A stretch of 64,000 nucleotides of DNA from an uncultured Solirubrobacteraceae bacterium (GTDB taxonomy: Bacteria > Actinomycetota > Thermoleophilia > Solirubrobacterales > Solirubrobacteraceae), in the NCBI GenBank assembly GCA_963838405.1, contig CAWIRA010000005.1, positions 83,071 to 147,070 of the forward strand. The letters are read 5' to 3'. Shown here one piece after another: positions 45,869 to 54,943 of the stretch. The notes under the pieces were generated by a model. That model saw nothing but the letters and a program-made list of their open reading frames with translations, made no database searches and had not been told where the DNA came from. A program made the translations under genes and the position numbers. The stretch's first letter is position 1, and each line of letters begins with the position of its first letter.

Positions 45869-46242
45869 CACAGCTCTTCGATCAGTGCGCGAAACGCCGC
45901 TGAGGCCTCGACGCTGGCGCCGGCGGCGTGCACGCGGTCGGACAGCCACAGATCCGAGGTGACTACCCGGATCGCACCCGGCTCTACGGCTGCGGCGAGC
46001 AGCCGCACGATCTCGTCATCGGCTGAGTCGCGTCGGGGACGCGGCGCGAACGCGACCTCGACGACCGTCGAGCGGATCGGTGGAGACGGCGGCTGCTCGA
46101 ACACGACCGTGACGTCGGCGCCGCTGCTCGCGGCCCAGCGCTCGAGCATGTCGACGAGGCGGACCATCGCCGCGTGCCTGTCCCGCCACCACGCGTCCGG
46201 CCGCGTCCCGATCACGTTCATTCCGTCGACGAGCCAGCGCAC
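45868..46242 (-). CDS. NYN-domain (YacP-like) putative ribonuclease
   Basis: LVDGMNV, VVFE, SADDEI, VVTSD; -10 TACGCT 8 nt before GTG; TGATG overlap with the cyclase. Confidence 0.8.
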   Translation of the reverse strand: MRWLVDGMNVIGTRPDAWWRDRHAAMVRLVDMLERWAASSGADVTVVFEQPPSPPIRSTVVEVAFAPRPRRDSADDEIVRLLAAAVEPGAIRVVTSDLWLSDRVHAAGASVEASAAFRALIEEL

Positions 46243-46349
46243 GTGGGCCAAGCGTACGGGCTCGACGTTGACGCCGTCGGCGCGCCCACGGCAGCGAGCT
46301 TGGCGAGCGGCTCGCCTCGCGCCGGCGTTCCTGCTGGAGTTCTGCATCG

Positions 46350-46622
46350 ATGCGGCTCGAGGGCATCCAGACCGGCGACATCGTCGAGGTCGATCTCCGC
46401 GGACGGCGCTTCCACGCGCTCGTCACGGGAACCGCCCCCGGCGGCCTGGCGATCCAGCCGACGGACCGGCGCGTCAACCACTACTCGTGCAGAAGCCGAG
46501 AGGTGGTCGGGCACTGGTCCAAGCGCGGGCGGCCGCGGTCGACGAGCGAGCCGCTGCGCCCGTCGCCGCGCCAGCTTCAGATCGATCTCGCGCCGGACGA
46601 GCACGGCCCGTGCCAGCAGTGA
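46350..46622 (+). CDS. Hypothetical protein (SH3-like beta N-terminus)
   Basis: GDIVEVDLRGRRFHALV; GC3 bias. Confidence 0.6.
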   Translation: MRLEGIQTGDIVEVDLRGRRFHALVTGTAPGGLAIQPTDRRVNHYSCRSREVVGHWSKRGRPRSTSEPLRPSPRQLQIDLAPDEHGPCQQ

Positions 46623-46653
46623 CACGTCGCAGCGCACGTGCGAGAAGAAACGT

Positions 46654-46665
46654 AGACAATTGTCT
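46654..46665. promoter_or_regulatory. Perfect 12-bp palindrome over the -10 region
   Basis: AGACAATTGTCT ending 2 nt before ATG 46668. Confidence 0.55.
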
Positions 46666-46667
46666 GC

Positions 46668-46925
46668 ATGGAGACATCGTTCGCGCAGGTGGACGAGGGC
46701 GACCGGCGGCTCGAACGCGCGATCGTGCTGCTCCTGCTCGCCGACGGACAGCCGCAGACGCTGTCGCGGGGACAGCTCGCGACCGAGCTCGAAGCGGACT
46801 CTGCCGCGCTCGAGCGCGCACTCGACAGGCTCTCGCGGGCCGGTGTGGTCGAACTCGTGGGCATCGACGCGCGCGCGTCGCGCGCCGCGCGGCGCATCGA
46901 TGAGCTGGGTCTGATCGGCGTTTGA
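46668..46925 (+). CDS. Small winged-helix-like protein
   Basis: LSRGQLATEL...LERALDRLSRAGVVE. Confidence 0.6.
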   Translation: METSFAQVDEGDRRLERAIVLLLLADGQPQTLSRGQLATELEADSAALERALDRLSRAGVVELVGIDARASRAARRIDELGLIGV

Positions 46926-46983
46926 GAACGCTGCGGACACGGCGGCGGCAGATGTTCTGCCGCTGGGAGATAGGGTCTCGGGA

Positions 46984-48219
46984 ATGAGCACCCGTGCGCT
47001 CATCCTCTCGTGGGAGTACCCGCCCGTGATCGAGGGCGGCCTCGCCCGCCACGTGCGCAAGCTCGCGGAGGCGCTGGTGCGCCAGGGAGTGGCGGTCGAC
47101 GTGCTCACGCGCGGCGTGCCGCGCGAACCGGAGCTGGAGCGGACGCGCGTCGGCGACGGCGGCGGCGTCAACGTCCATCGCGTGCCGGAGCCCGGCTGGC
47201 CGCGCGACCTCGATCGCTTCGTGGCGTGGGTCGAGCAGATGAACCGCGACATGCTCGCCGCCGGTGCGGCGCTCGCGCAGGAGCACTCCTACGAGCTCGT
47301 ACACGGCCATGACTGGCTCGTCGGCCAGGCCGCGGCGGCGCTGGCCGATCGCTTGCGGGTGCCGTACGTGACGACGATCCACGCCACCGAGCACGGACGT
47401 CACCAGGGCTGGGTGGACAAGCCGCCGCAATCGCACATCCACTCGCTCGAGCGACGGATGGCCCGCCGCGCAGATCGGGTGATCGTCTGCTCCTACTACA
47501 TGCGCGGGCACGTCGCAGACATCTTCGACATCGACGAGCGACGGGTGGCGGTGATCCCCAACGGCGTGGATCCGAGCGAACTCCAGCCGCGGGGGGACCT
47601 CGCCGCGCTGAGGAGCGAGTTCGCGGCCCCGCACGAGAAGCTCGTTCTGCTGGTCGGGAGGCTGGTCTATGAGAAGGGCTTCCAACTGGCGCTCGACGCG
47701 CTCCCCGCGGTGATCGAGCAGCTCGGCGACGTACGCTTCCTGGTTGCCGGCAGCGGCACGCATGAGGCAGAGCTGAAGGCGCAGGCGCAGCGACTCGGCC
47801 TTTCCGAGCAAGGCACCTTCCTCGGCTGGATCGGCGATGACGTGCTGCATTCGCTCTACCGGATCGCGGATCTGTGCGTCGTCCCTTCGATCTATGAGCC
47901 GTTCGGGCTGGTTGCACTGGAGGCGATGGCCTCGGGGTGCCCGTGCATCGTCGCCGACACCGGCGGCCTGCGTGAGGTGGTGCCGCTCGGCGAGCACGTC
48001 GGCCTGCGCTTCAACGGCGGCGACGCCGAGCACCTCGGCGTCATGATCGAACGGCTGTTGGTCGACGAGGGGCTGCGCGACCGGCTGGTGACGCAGGCGT
48101 CCGAGCATGTGCTGCGCTTCGACTGGGATGACATCGCCGAGCGCACACGCGGTATCTACGATGGGCTGCGCCAACTGGCGCCACGGCAGGAGCCACGAGA
48201 GGGAGTGGGGAGAGGATGA
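46984..48219 (+). CDS. Glycosyltransferase family 4
   Basis: LSWEYPP, HGHDWL, GRLVYEKG, PSIYEPFGLVALEAMASG. Confidence 0.93.
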   Translation: MSTRALILSWEYPPVIEGGLARHVRKLAEALVRQGVAVDVLTRGVPREPELERTRVGDGGGVNVHRVPEPGWPRDLDRFVAWVEQMNRDMLAAGAALAQEHSYELVHGHDWLVGQAAAALADRLRVPYVTTIHATEHGRHQGWVDKPPQSHIHSLERRMARRADRVIVCSYYMRGHVADIFDIDERRVAVIPNGVDPSELQPRGDLAALRSEFAAPHEKLVLLVGRLVYEKGFQLALDALPAVIEQLGDVRFLVAGSGTHEAELKAQAQRLGLSEQGTFLGWIGDDVLHSLYRIADLCVVPSIYEPFGLVALEAMASGCPCIVADTGGLREVVPLGEHVGLRFNGGDAEHLGVMIERLLVDEGLRDRLVTQASEHVLRFDWDDIAERTRGIYDGLRQLAPRQEPREGVGRG

Positions 48220-49862
48220 CGCAGATGCTCGAAGGCCTGATGCAGAACGACTTTGAGCTCACGCTCAACCACATCCGCGGTCGGTTGGGTTCGTGTAACG
48301 CGGGCAGCGAGGTCGTCGCGCTGAAGACCGTCGAAGGCGAGGTCGCGCGTGCCAGCCATGCCGAGCTGAGCGATCGGATCGACACGCTGGCCCGCGTGCT
48401 GCGGCGGCTGGGTGTCGAGCAGGGCGACCGCGTCGGCACATTCGCGTGGAACAACCTCCGCCACCTCGAGCTGTACTTCGCGGTCCCATGCATCGGCGCG
48501 GTGCTGCACACGCTGAACATCCGCCTGTTCGAGGAGCAGCTGACGTACATCGTCAACCACGCAGAGGACCGCGTGATCTTTGTCGACGACTCGCTCGTCC
48601 CGATCCTCGAGAAACTCGCGCCTAGCTTCAACTGCGTCGAGCACTACGTGCTGATGGGCGACGGCGATGCCGGCTCGCTGCCGAACGTGCTGCGCTACGA
48701 GGAGCTGATGGCGGAGGCCGGGGGCGGGGGGTTCGACTACCCCGATCTCGACGAGCGCCAGGCGGCGGCGCTCTGCTACACGAGTGGCACGACCGGCAAT
48801 CCGAAGGGCGTGCTCTACTCGCACCGCTCGATCAGCCTGCACTCATCGGCGACACTGATGACGGACGCGAACGGGCTCTCGCGCGCCGACCGCGTGCTCG
48901 CGATCGTGCCGATGTTCCACGCGAACGCCTGGGGGCTGCCCTACGGCGCGGCGCTCGCGAGCGCCGACCTGATCCTGCCCGATCGCTTTCTCGCCGCCGA
49001 GCCGCTGGCGAAGCTGATCGCCGCCGAGCGTCCGACGTTTGTGGGTTGCGTGCCGACGATCTTCTCCGATCTGCTCCGCTATGCCGACGAGCACCCCGAG
49101 GTCGACCTCAGCTCGGTCACGAACGCCGGCTGCGGAGGCTCGGCGGTGCCGCGCCAGCTGATGCAGGCCTTCGAAGAGCGCCACGCGGTGCGCATCTTCC
49201 AGGCCTGGGGGATGACCGAGACAAGCCCGGTCGCGACCTACTCGCGGCCGCGTGAGCGCGACCACGATGACGCTTACTGGCAGGAGCGCGCCAAGCAGGG
49301 CAGGCCGTTGCCGTGGGTCGAGCTGCGCCTGATCGACGACGACGGCGCAGAGGTGCCGTGGGACGGAGAGTCAACCGGCGAGATCGAGGTGCGCGGACCG
49401 TGGATCGCCTCGGGCTACTTCCGCGATGACTCGAGCTCGGACAAGTTCGACTCCGGCTGGCTGCGCACCGGCGACATCGCGGCCGTCGACGAGACGGCCT
49501 TCGTGCAGATCACCGACCGCTCCAAGGACGTGATCAAGTCGGGCGGCGAGTGGATCTCCTCGGTCGAGCTCGAGAACGAGCTGATGGCGCATCCGGATGT
49601 CGTCGAGGCCGCGGTGATCGCCAAGCCGGATGCGCGCTGGGCGGAGCGGCCACTGTGCTGTGTCGTGCTGAGCGACTCGACCCAGACGAGTGCCGACGAC
49701 CTCCTCGAGCACCTGCGCGGCCGCGTCGCGAAGTGGTGGCTGCCGGACGAGTTCGCGTTCATCGCGGAGATCCCGAAGACGAGCGTCGGCAAGTTCGACA
49801 AGAAGGTGCTGCGGGCGCGCTTGGCGGAGGGTACGCTCGCGGGTCGAGTGCACGTGTCCTGA
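48216..49862 (+). CDS. Acyl-CoA ligase (AlkK-type fatty-acid--CoA ligase)
   Basis: YTSGTTGNPKG, QAWGMTET, LRTGD, DRSKDVIKSGGEWISS, KTSVGKFDK. Confidence 0.95.
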   Translation: MTQMLEGLMQNDFELTLNHIRGRLGSCNAGSEVVALKTVEGEVARASHAELSDRIDTLARVLRRLGVEQGDRVGTFAWNNLRHLELYFAVPCIGAVLHTLNIRLFEEQLTYIVNHAEDRVIFVDDSLVPILEKLAPSFNCVEHYVLMGDGDAGSLPNVLRYEELMAEAGGGGFDYPDLDERQAAALCYTSGTTGNPKGVLYSHRSISLHSSATLMTDANGLSRADRVLAIVPMFHANAWGLPYGAALASADLILPDRFLAAEPLAKLIAAERPTFVGCVPTIFSDLLRYADEHPEVDLSSVTNAGCGGSAVPRQLMQAFEERHAVRIFQAWGMTETSPVATYSRPRERDHDDAYWQERAKQGRPLPWVELRLIDDDGAEVPWDGESTGEIEVRGPWIASGYFRDDSSSDKFDSGWLRTGDIAAVDETAFVQITDRSKDVIKSGGEWISSVELENELMAHPDVVEAAVIAKPDARWAERPLCCVVLSDSTQTSADDLLEHLRGRVAKWWLPDEFAFIAEIPKTSVGKFDKKVLRARLAEGTLAGRVHVS

Positions 49863-50097
49863 GCGCCCGCGCCGCCAGATCGGGGTAAACACCGGGTCTA
49901 CGCAGGCGCAAAGAGCGGCTACGGACAGCGGTTGGCGCCGCCATAGCTGATAGACCTTGCTCGATCAAGGCAGGCGAGAGCTTGCAAACGGCGAACCAGA
50001 GATCGATATCTTGCGAGAAACAACCGACGGGACAAGTACGGAGACAGCCCCCGATGCGGGGTTGCTGCGTTCACCACACCATCAACAGGAGGTTGGC

Positions 50098-50610
50098 ATG
50101 ACTCGGACCGATGTCATGGCCTCGAGCAGGCCACGTAGTGCACGAGCAGCTTCGACGAGGGGGAGGTCATCCACCGTCCTGCGTGGGTTGTCGATCACTT
50201 CCTTGCTACTGATGCTGGCCTTCGCGCTTGCGCCTGGTGCGGCGCTGGCGGCGGAACCCACCAGCGGTTACACGACCCCGTCGACTACCACGACCGGCAC
50301 GACGACGACGCCGACCACGCCCACCACGCCGACGACGGCGACGACGACGCCGACAACTGCGACGACGGCGCCGAGCACGGGCACGCTGCCGTCGAAAGAA
50401 TCAGAAAAGCCGACGGGCACGACACCGACGACTGAACCGTCGCCGGAAAAAGTAAGCAGCACCCCCACGACGACCACCGCGAAATCGAGCACGCTGCCGT
50501 TCACCGGATTCGATCTGCGTTGGGACATCGGCCTTGGCCTTCTGCTGTTGGCCGCGGGCTTCTCGATCGTTGCGATGCAGCGCCGGCAGCGACGCGACAG
50601 CGGCAGCTGA
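50098..50610 (+). CDS. Thr/Pro-rich secreted protein with LPFTG sorting signal
   Basis: RBS AGGAGG; signal peptide ending ALA; TTPTT repeats; LPFTG plus TM plus RRQRR. Confidence 0.8.
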   Translation: MTRTDVMASSRPRSARAASTRGRSSTVLRGLSITSLLLMLAFALAPGAALAAEPTSGYTTPSTTTTGTTTTPTTPTTPTTATTTPTTATTAPSTGTLPSKESEKPTGTTPTTEPSPEKVSSTPTTTTAKSSTLPFTGFDLRWDIGLGLLLLAAGFSIVAMQRRQRRDSGS

Positions 50611-50632
50611 GCGCAGCTCCAAACGCTTCTCG

Positions 50633-50670
50633 ACGGCCGTCGGCGCGAACGCCGGCGGCCGTTTGTTGTT
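50633..50670 (+). terminator. Intrinsic terminator
   Basis: ACGGCCGTCGGCG-CGAA-CGCCGGCGGCCGT followed by TTGTTGTT. Confidence 0.75.
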
Positions 50671-50674
50671 CTGC

Positions 50675-52798
50675 TCAGCTGGAGAGCATGCGTTCGCGCC
50701 CCGCACAGTCGAACAGCACGAGCGTGTAGACGGTGGCGGGGGGAGGGCCGTGCCAGATCGGCGCCGGCACGATCTGGCAGGCCCGCAACACCGCCTTCGT
50801 CGCGAGGTTGCCTCCACGCGAGGCGTATTCGCCGCCGAGCAGGATGTATCGCGCTTCGTGTCGGGCAACAAGGCGTGCGAGCGCGGGGCCGTTGAGCACG
50901 GGATCGGTGCCGCCATAGCCGCCGAGCGCGCCCGCCTGTGCGCCGAGCAGGATCAGCGGGGCAGCCGTCGGTGCCGCGTCGGTCAACACTGCCCAGCGGC
51001 GTCCTGTGTTCTGCGTGGCGAGATAGCGGATCAGGTTGTGGTCGATACGCAGTTCGCCCGGATCGCTGTTGAGCGGCCCCTTGGCGCTCGCTTCGTGTGG
51101 CCCCGCCGCCGGGAAGGTGCCTTCCACAGGCGCGAGCGACGCCGTCGTCGAGTACACGCTGGGCGCGATCAGCAAGACGCCCAACGCGAGCGCCATCCCG
51201 GCTGCGGCGAGTCGTGACAGCGCCATCAAGCAGATGCCGAGGACGGCGACGCCGATCAGCACCGGGATGAACCAGCGCATGTAGTGCTGTTCGTGCAGGA
51301 TCACGATCTGCGCGACCACGGTCGCGACGACCGCGCATGCAGCCAGCGCCAGCCCCCAACTACGTCGCTGTCGCGTCAGCCACGTGAGCGCCGCGGCGCC
51401 CGCACCGACGGCCACCGCGGCGCCGGGTCCCATCGCCGAGACGTAGTACGGGTGCACGATGCCCTTGGAAAAGCTGAGGATCGCCGCCTCTGGGAGGAGC
51501 CATCCGCCGAACACGATCGTCGTCGCCAGCCGCGGGTTGCGTGACGAGCGCTCGTCGAGGAACGCCCGCAGTACGAGCGCGACCAGGCCGAGGAGGGCGA
51601 ACGGCACCAGCCACCCGCCCTGATCGGCAAGCCCCCACTTGAAGAGCCGCAGGAGTCCGGTCGGGGCCGCGAAGAACTGGGGGCTGGCGAGGCGCCCGTC
51701 GGGAAGAAAGGTGGGCGGTGGCTTCGCCACGACGGGCACCGTGCTCGCAGTCACGGGTCTCCCGTGGCGGACCGAGCGCGCGGGGCGCGTCTGGGAGACG
51801 ACGTGTAGCCCCCCACCTTCAGCTTCCTGGATCTGACCCGGTCCGCCGACCTCGCCTTCGACGCGGCCGAACCCGTTGTAATCGAAGGTCAGGCCGAGCT
51901 CGGTGTTGTTGGTCGAGCTGCCGACGTACGGGCGCTGTGACGCCGGGGTCAGTTCCACGAACGCGATCCACGAGAACGACACGATCACGAGGACCACGCC
52001 CGCTGCAAGCAGCCGCGTGATTCGCCGCAGCGCGCTACCGGGTGCGCACAGGATGTACGCGAGCGCGATCCCGGGGACGATCAGGTAGGCAGCGAGCGTC
52101 TTCGTGTTGAACGCCAAGCCGATCAGCACCGCGCAGCCCAGGAGCGAACGCCACCGCCCGCTTTCGATCGCCGCAAGCGCGGCGCCGCACGCGAGGATCA
52201 TCAGCAGGATCAGCAGCGGATCGACGCCGTTGTCGCGCGAGACGGCCACGAACGACGGGAACACAGCCAGTGCGAGCGCGCTGCAGAGGCCTGCCGTCGG
52301 TCCCAGCCGCCGAGCGACGACGCGATAGAGCACCGCCACGGAGATGACCGACACGATCGCCTGCGGCAGCAGCAGACTGAGCGGGGAGAAGCCGAACAGC
52401 TTGGCGCTCGTCGCCTGGAGCCACAACGCCAGCGGCGGCTTGTCGATCGTCACGAGTCCGCCCGGGTCGAAGGACACGAACACGAAGTTGTGCAGCGAAT
52501 GCAGCATCGACTTCACCGCGGCCGAGTAGAAGGTATTGGCGTAACCGTTCTGGCTGAGATTGCGCGTGTTCAGCACCGCGGACAGCGCGAGGACGCAGCC
52601 GAGTGCCGCATGGCGCGGCCGGGCACGCGCGAACAGCGACCGCCGCGGCGTTCGCCGCTCGCCGGCAACGGTGCCGCCGAGCGCAGTCGCGGAGTCGGCC
52701 GCCTCGACGGCCACCGTTTCGCCCGTTGCGCTCACGCGGAGGAGTTCGCGCCGTCTGCTCCGCCGCGCTCGCAAAGCGCGGATGCCGACTGCGGCCAC
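50675..52798 (-). CDS. GT-C membrane glycosyltransferase (ArnT/PMT-2, YkcB-like)
   Basis: ANTFYSAAVKSM, IDKPP, SRDNGVD, GLAFNTK, GGYGGTD; exact start uncertain. Confidence 0.88.
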   Translation of the reverse strand: MAAVGIRALRARRSRRRELLRVSATGETVAVEAADSATALGGTVAGERRTPRRSLFARARPRHAALGCVLALSAVLNTRNLSQNGYANTFYSAAVKSMLHSLHNFVFVSFDPGGLVTIDKPPLALWLQATSAKLFGFSPLSLLLPQAIVSVISVAVLYRVVARRLGPTAGLCSALALAVFPSFVAVSRDNGVDPLLILLMILACGAALAAIESGRWRSLLGCAVLIGLAFNTKTLAAYLIVPGIALAYILCAPGSALRRITRLLAAGVVLVIVSFSWIAFVELTPASQRPYVGSSTNNTELGLTFDYNGFGRVEGEVGGPGQIQEAEGGGLHVVSQTRPARSVRHGRPVTASTVPVVAKPPPTFLPDGRLASPQFFAAPTGLLRLFKWGLADQGGWLVPFALLGLVALVLRAFLDERSSRNPRLATTIVFGGWLLPEAAILSFSKGIVHPYYVSAMGPGAAVAVGAGAAALTWLTRQRRSWGLALAACAVVATVVAQIVILHEQHYMRWFIPVLIGVAVLGICLMALSRLAAAGMALALGVLLIAPSVYSTTASLAPVEGTFPAAGPHEASAKGPLNSDPGELRIDHNLIRYLATQNTGRRWAVLTDAAPTAAPLILLGAQAGALGGYGGTDPVLNGPALARLVARHEARYILLGGEYASRGGNLATKAVLRACQIVPAPIWHGPPPATVYTLVLFDCAGRERMLSS

Positions 52799-53100
52799 GA
52801 CGGTCTTGCCTGTGCTCTCGCGGGTGACCGCGACGGCCGTCTGGTCACGGTTGCGCGCAGGCTAACGCCGAACTGGATGGGACCAGACATACGATGTGGT
52901 TAATACCGCAGGCGCTAAGTTCGTGCTAAAGAGCTCACGGGGAGCCGTCGCGCTCGGTCCTGCCCAGAGGCCGACGGGCTCCACCGGAAAGCGCAACTGA
53001 AGCCCGCGGTTGATTGGCAACCGGAGGCGCTGCGTCGCTCGTCGTCGCGTAGCTTGCGACCGCGGCTATGCAGCCCGGAAGGCAGTGGCCCCGCTCGCCG

Positions 53101-53796
53101 TCACAGGGCGATGATCAGGTCGCGGACGGCGGCGGGCTGGGAGAGGAAGGGGTGATGGCCGGCGTCGAGTTCCACGACGCTGTCCGCCCGACCAGCGAAC
53201 TCGCGCTGCGACTTCGCGGGGGTGCCCCGGTCGTCTGAGCAGAGGAGGTACGTCGAGGGGGTGTACTGCCAGGCCGCTGCCTGAGCGGGCTGTTGGAGAA
53301 CCGCCAGGCTCTGGCGGGCGGTCTTGCGTGTGGCCCGTTGCTGGATCCCGGGGTCGCAGTCCTGCAGGAACGTTTCAGCCAAGGCGTCGAGTCGGACGGT
53401 GAACGTGCCGCCGTCAGGGTCGATATCGAGGAACGGCGCGGGCTCCTCCGCGCCGAACGAAGAGAGGCTCTGGCCGACCTCGGGCAGGTAGCTGGAGATG
53501 AGCAGCAGGTGGTGCACGGCCTCGACGCCCGCCGCTGCCTCGGCGATGACGATCCCCCCGTAGCTGTGGGCGACCACCACCGTTGGCTCGTCCGTGGCGG
53601 TCAGGACGTCCCGGACCGCGGTGACGTCCTCGATCAGCCCGGGCCCTGCCGCGTTCGTCGGCTGGCCCGTCTCGCCGCAACTCGGTAGGCCTGGCGCTTG
53701 GCTGGTGAGGCCCTGCTCGGCCAACAGCTCGGCGGTTCGGTGCCACCACCACGAGCCGTCCTTCACGCAAGCTCCGTGCACGAAAACGACCCTCAT
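53101..53796 (-). CDS. Alpha/beta hydrolase
   Basis: FVHGAC, AHSYGG, AGHHPF; RBS AAGGAGG before ATG 53796. Confidence 0.92.
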   Translation of the reverse strand: MRVVFVHGACVKDGSWWWHRTAELLAEQGLTSQAPGLPSCGETGQPTNAAGPGLIEDVTAVRDVLTATDEPTVVVAHSYGGIVIAEAAAGVEAVHHLLLISSYLPEVGQSLSSFGAEEPAPFLDIDPDGGTFTVRLDALAETFLQDCDPGIQQRATRKTARQSLAVLQQPAQAAAWQYTPSTYLLCSDDRGTPAKSQREFAGRADSVVELDAGHHPFLSQPAAVRDLIIAL

Positions 53797-53898
53797 CGTG
53801 ACCTCCTTGGTGCGTATCGATCTGCTGTCGCGCAACGATAGACGTAGCGATCGCGACCGTGAGAACATTCGGCGACCCGAACGGAGGAGCATTTCACG

Positions 53899-54582
53899 AT
53901 GACCATCGTCATCACCGCGTTTGAGCGATCGCCGGATGGTGGCAGGGGCCTGGCGCGCGATACGCGCGTCCGCTGGGCGCTCGAGGAGGTGGGCCAACCG
54001 TACGAGGTCCGCCTCGTTTCGTTCCGTGCAAAGAAGGAAGCCGCGCATCTGCGCCTTCATCCGTTCGGCATGATTCCGACCTATGAGGAAGGCGATCTTG
54101 TCCTGTTCGAGACAGGCGCGATCGTCTTGCACATCGCCGAGCACCATGCGGGCCTGTTCCCGCACGATGCCAATGCGCGGGCCCGGGCCATCGGCTGGAT
54201 GTTTGCCGCGCTCAACACCGTGGAGCCGCCGATCCTCGAACTCGTCACCGCAAGGTTCGCGGAGGGCGAGAAGCCGTGGGCCGAAGAGCGCCTGCCTCTG
54301 GTCAAGGACCGCATTCGCGATCGACTGGACCAGCTTGCCGCCCGCTTGGCCGAAGCCGACTGGCTCGATGGGGACTTCAGCGCTGGCGACCTGATGATGG
54401 TGTCGGTGCTGCTCAGGCTGAGAGCTTCGGGCCTTCTGGATGAGTTCCCGAAACTGGCTGCCTACGTTGCCCGCGGCGAGGCGCGGCCAGCATACCGGCG
54501 GGCTTTCGCCGCTCAACTGGCGATTAACGCCGGTACCTCGCGAACTCCGCCGCCGATCCTCGAAACACGAAAATGCGGATGA
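53899..54582 (+). CDS. Glutathione S-transferase
   Basis: RVRWALEE, HPFGMIP, LFETGAI, FSAGDL; RBS GGAGG. Confidence 0.93.
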   Translation: MTIVITAFERSPDGGRGLARDTRVRWALEEVGQPYEVRLVSFRAKKEAAHLRLHPFGMIPTYEEGDLVLFETGAIVLHIAEHHAGLFPHDANARARAIGWMFAALNTVEPPILELVTARFAEGEKPWAEERLPLVKDRIRDRLDQLAARLAEADWLDGDFSAGDLMMVSVLLRLRASGLLDEFPKLAAYVARGEARPAYRRAFAAQLAINAGTSRTPPPILETRKCG

Positions 54583-54632
54583 GAGGACTCGAACCTCCAC
54601 CGGGTTGCCCCGACACGGACCTGAACCGTGCG
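54574..54632 (-). pseudogene. 3' fragment of tRNA-Leu(CAG), att junction
   Basis: CACGG-TTCAGGT-CCGTG anticodon arm, CGGG-GCAA-CCCG variable arm, GGAGG-TTCGAGT-CCTCT T arm, CATCCGCA end; D arm and 5' acceptor strand absent. Confidence 0.88.
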
Positions 54633-54717
54633 GGCCCGGAAAACATGCGTCCTGCCGTGTCCAGAACGCCCATTTCATGGGGCCCCGTGGCCGTCCCGCA
54701 CGCATCTTCCCCGGCGA

Positions 54718-54737
54718 CTGTTGCCAAACTGTTGCCA
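54718..54737 (+). repeat. Tandem 9-bp direct repeat, candidate integrase arm-type sites
   Basis: CTGTTGCCA at 54718 and 54729, 86 bp inside att. Confidence 0.6.
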
Positions 54738-54831
54738 CGCATCGGCGAGCTCCGCCCGAAGAACACCACGGGAATGAGCGCCTTCGCGGCCGCGACGTTT
54801 TCCTCGCTGACGGCTCACTGTCGACTGCATG

Positions 54832-54872
54832 GGCTCGGCCGTCACGACGGCCGAGCCTACCCGGCCCCGGGT
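54832..54872. other. Two adjacent perfect inverted repeats
   Basis: GGCTCGGCCGTC-AC-GACGGCCGAGCC and ACCCGG-CC-CCGGGT. Confidence 0.65.
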
Positions 54873-54943
54873 CGGCTGCGAGGGGGGCGAGGTGAGCACG
54901 CACGGTGGCCGCGCGTCCGTCAGCGGGGGTAGCGTGCGGTTCC

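Noticed and set aside
50260-50480. Repeat array or CRISPR
   Set aside because: Codon-level ACG/ACC/CCG repeats encoding Thr/Pro; no constant repeat-spacer period; no cas genes or arrays seen anywhere in the window
54574-54660. Intact tRNA-Leu gene
   Set aside because: No D arm or 5' acceptor strand; the sequence beyond 54632 cannot pair with CATCCGC
54573-54932. 119-aa ORF MRMRGLEPP
   Set aside because: Translation of the antisense tRNA remnant and att flank, with no protein features
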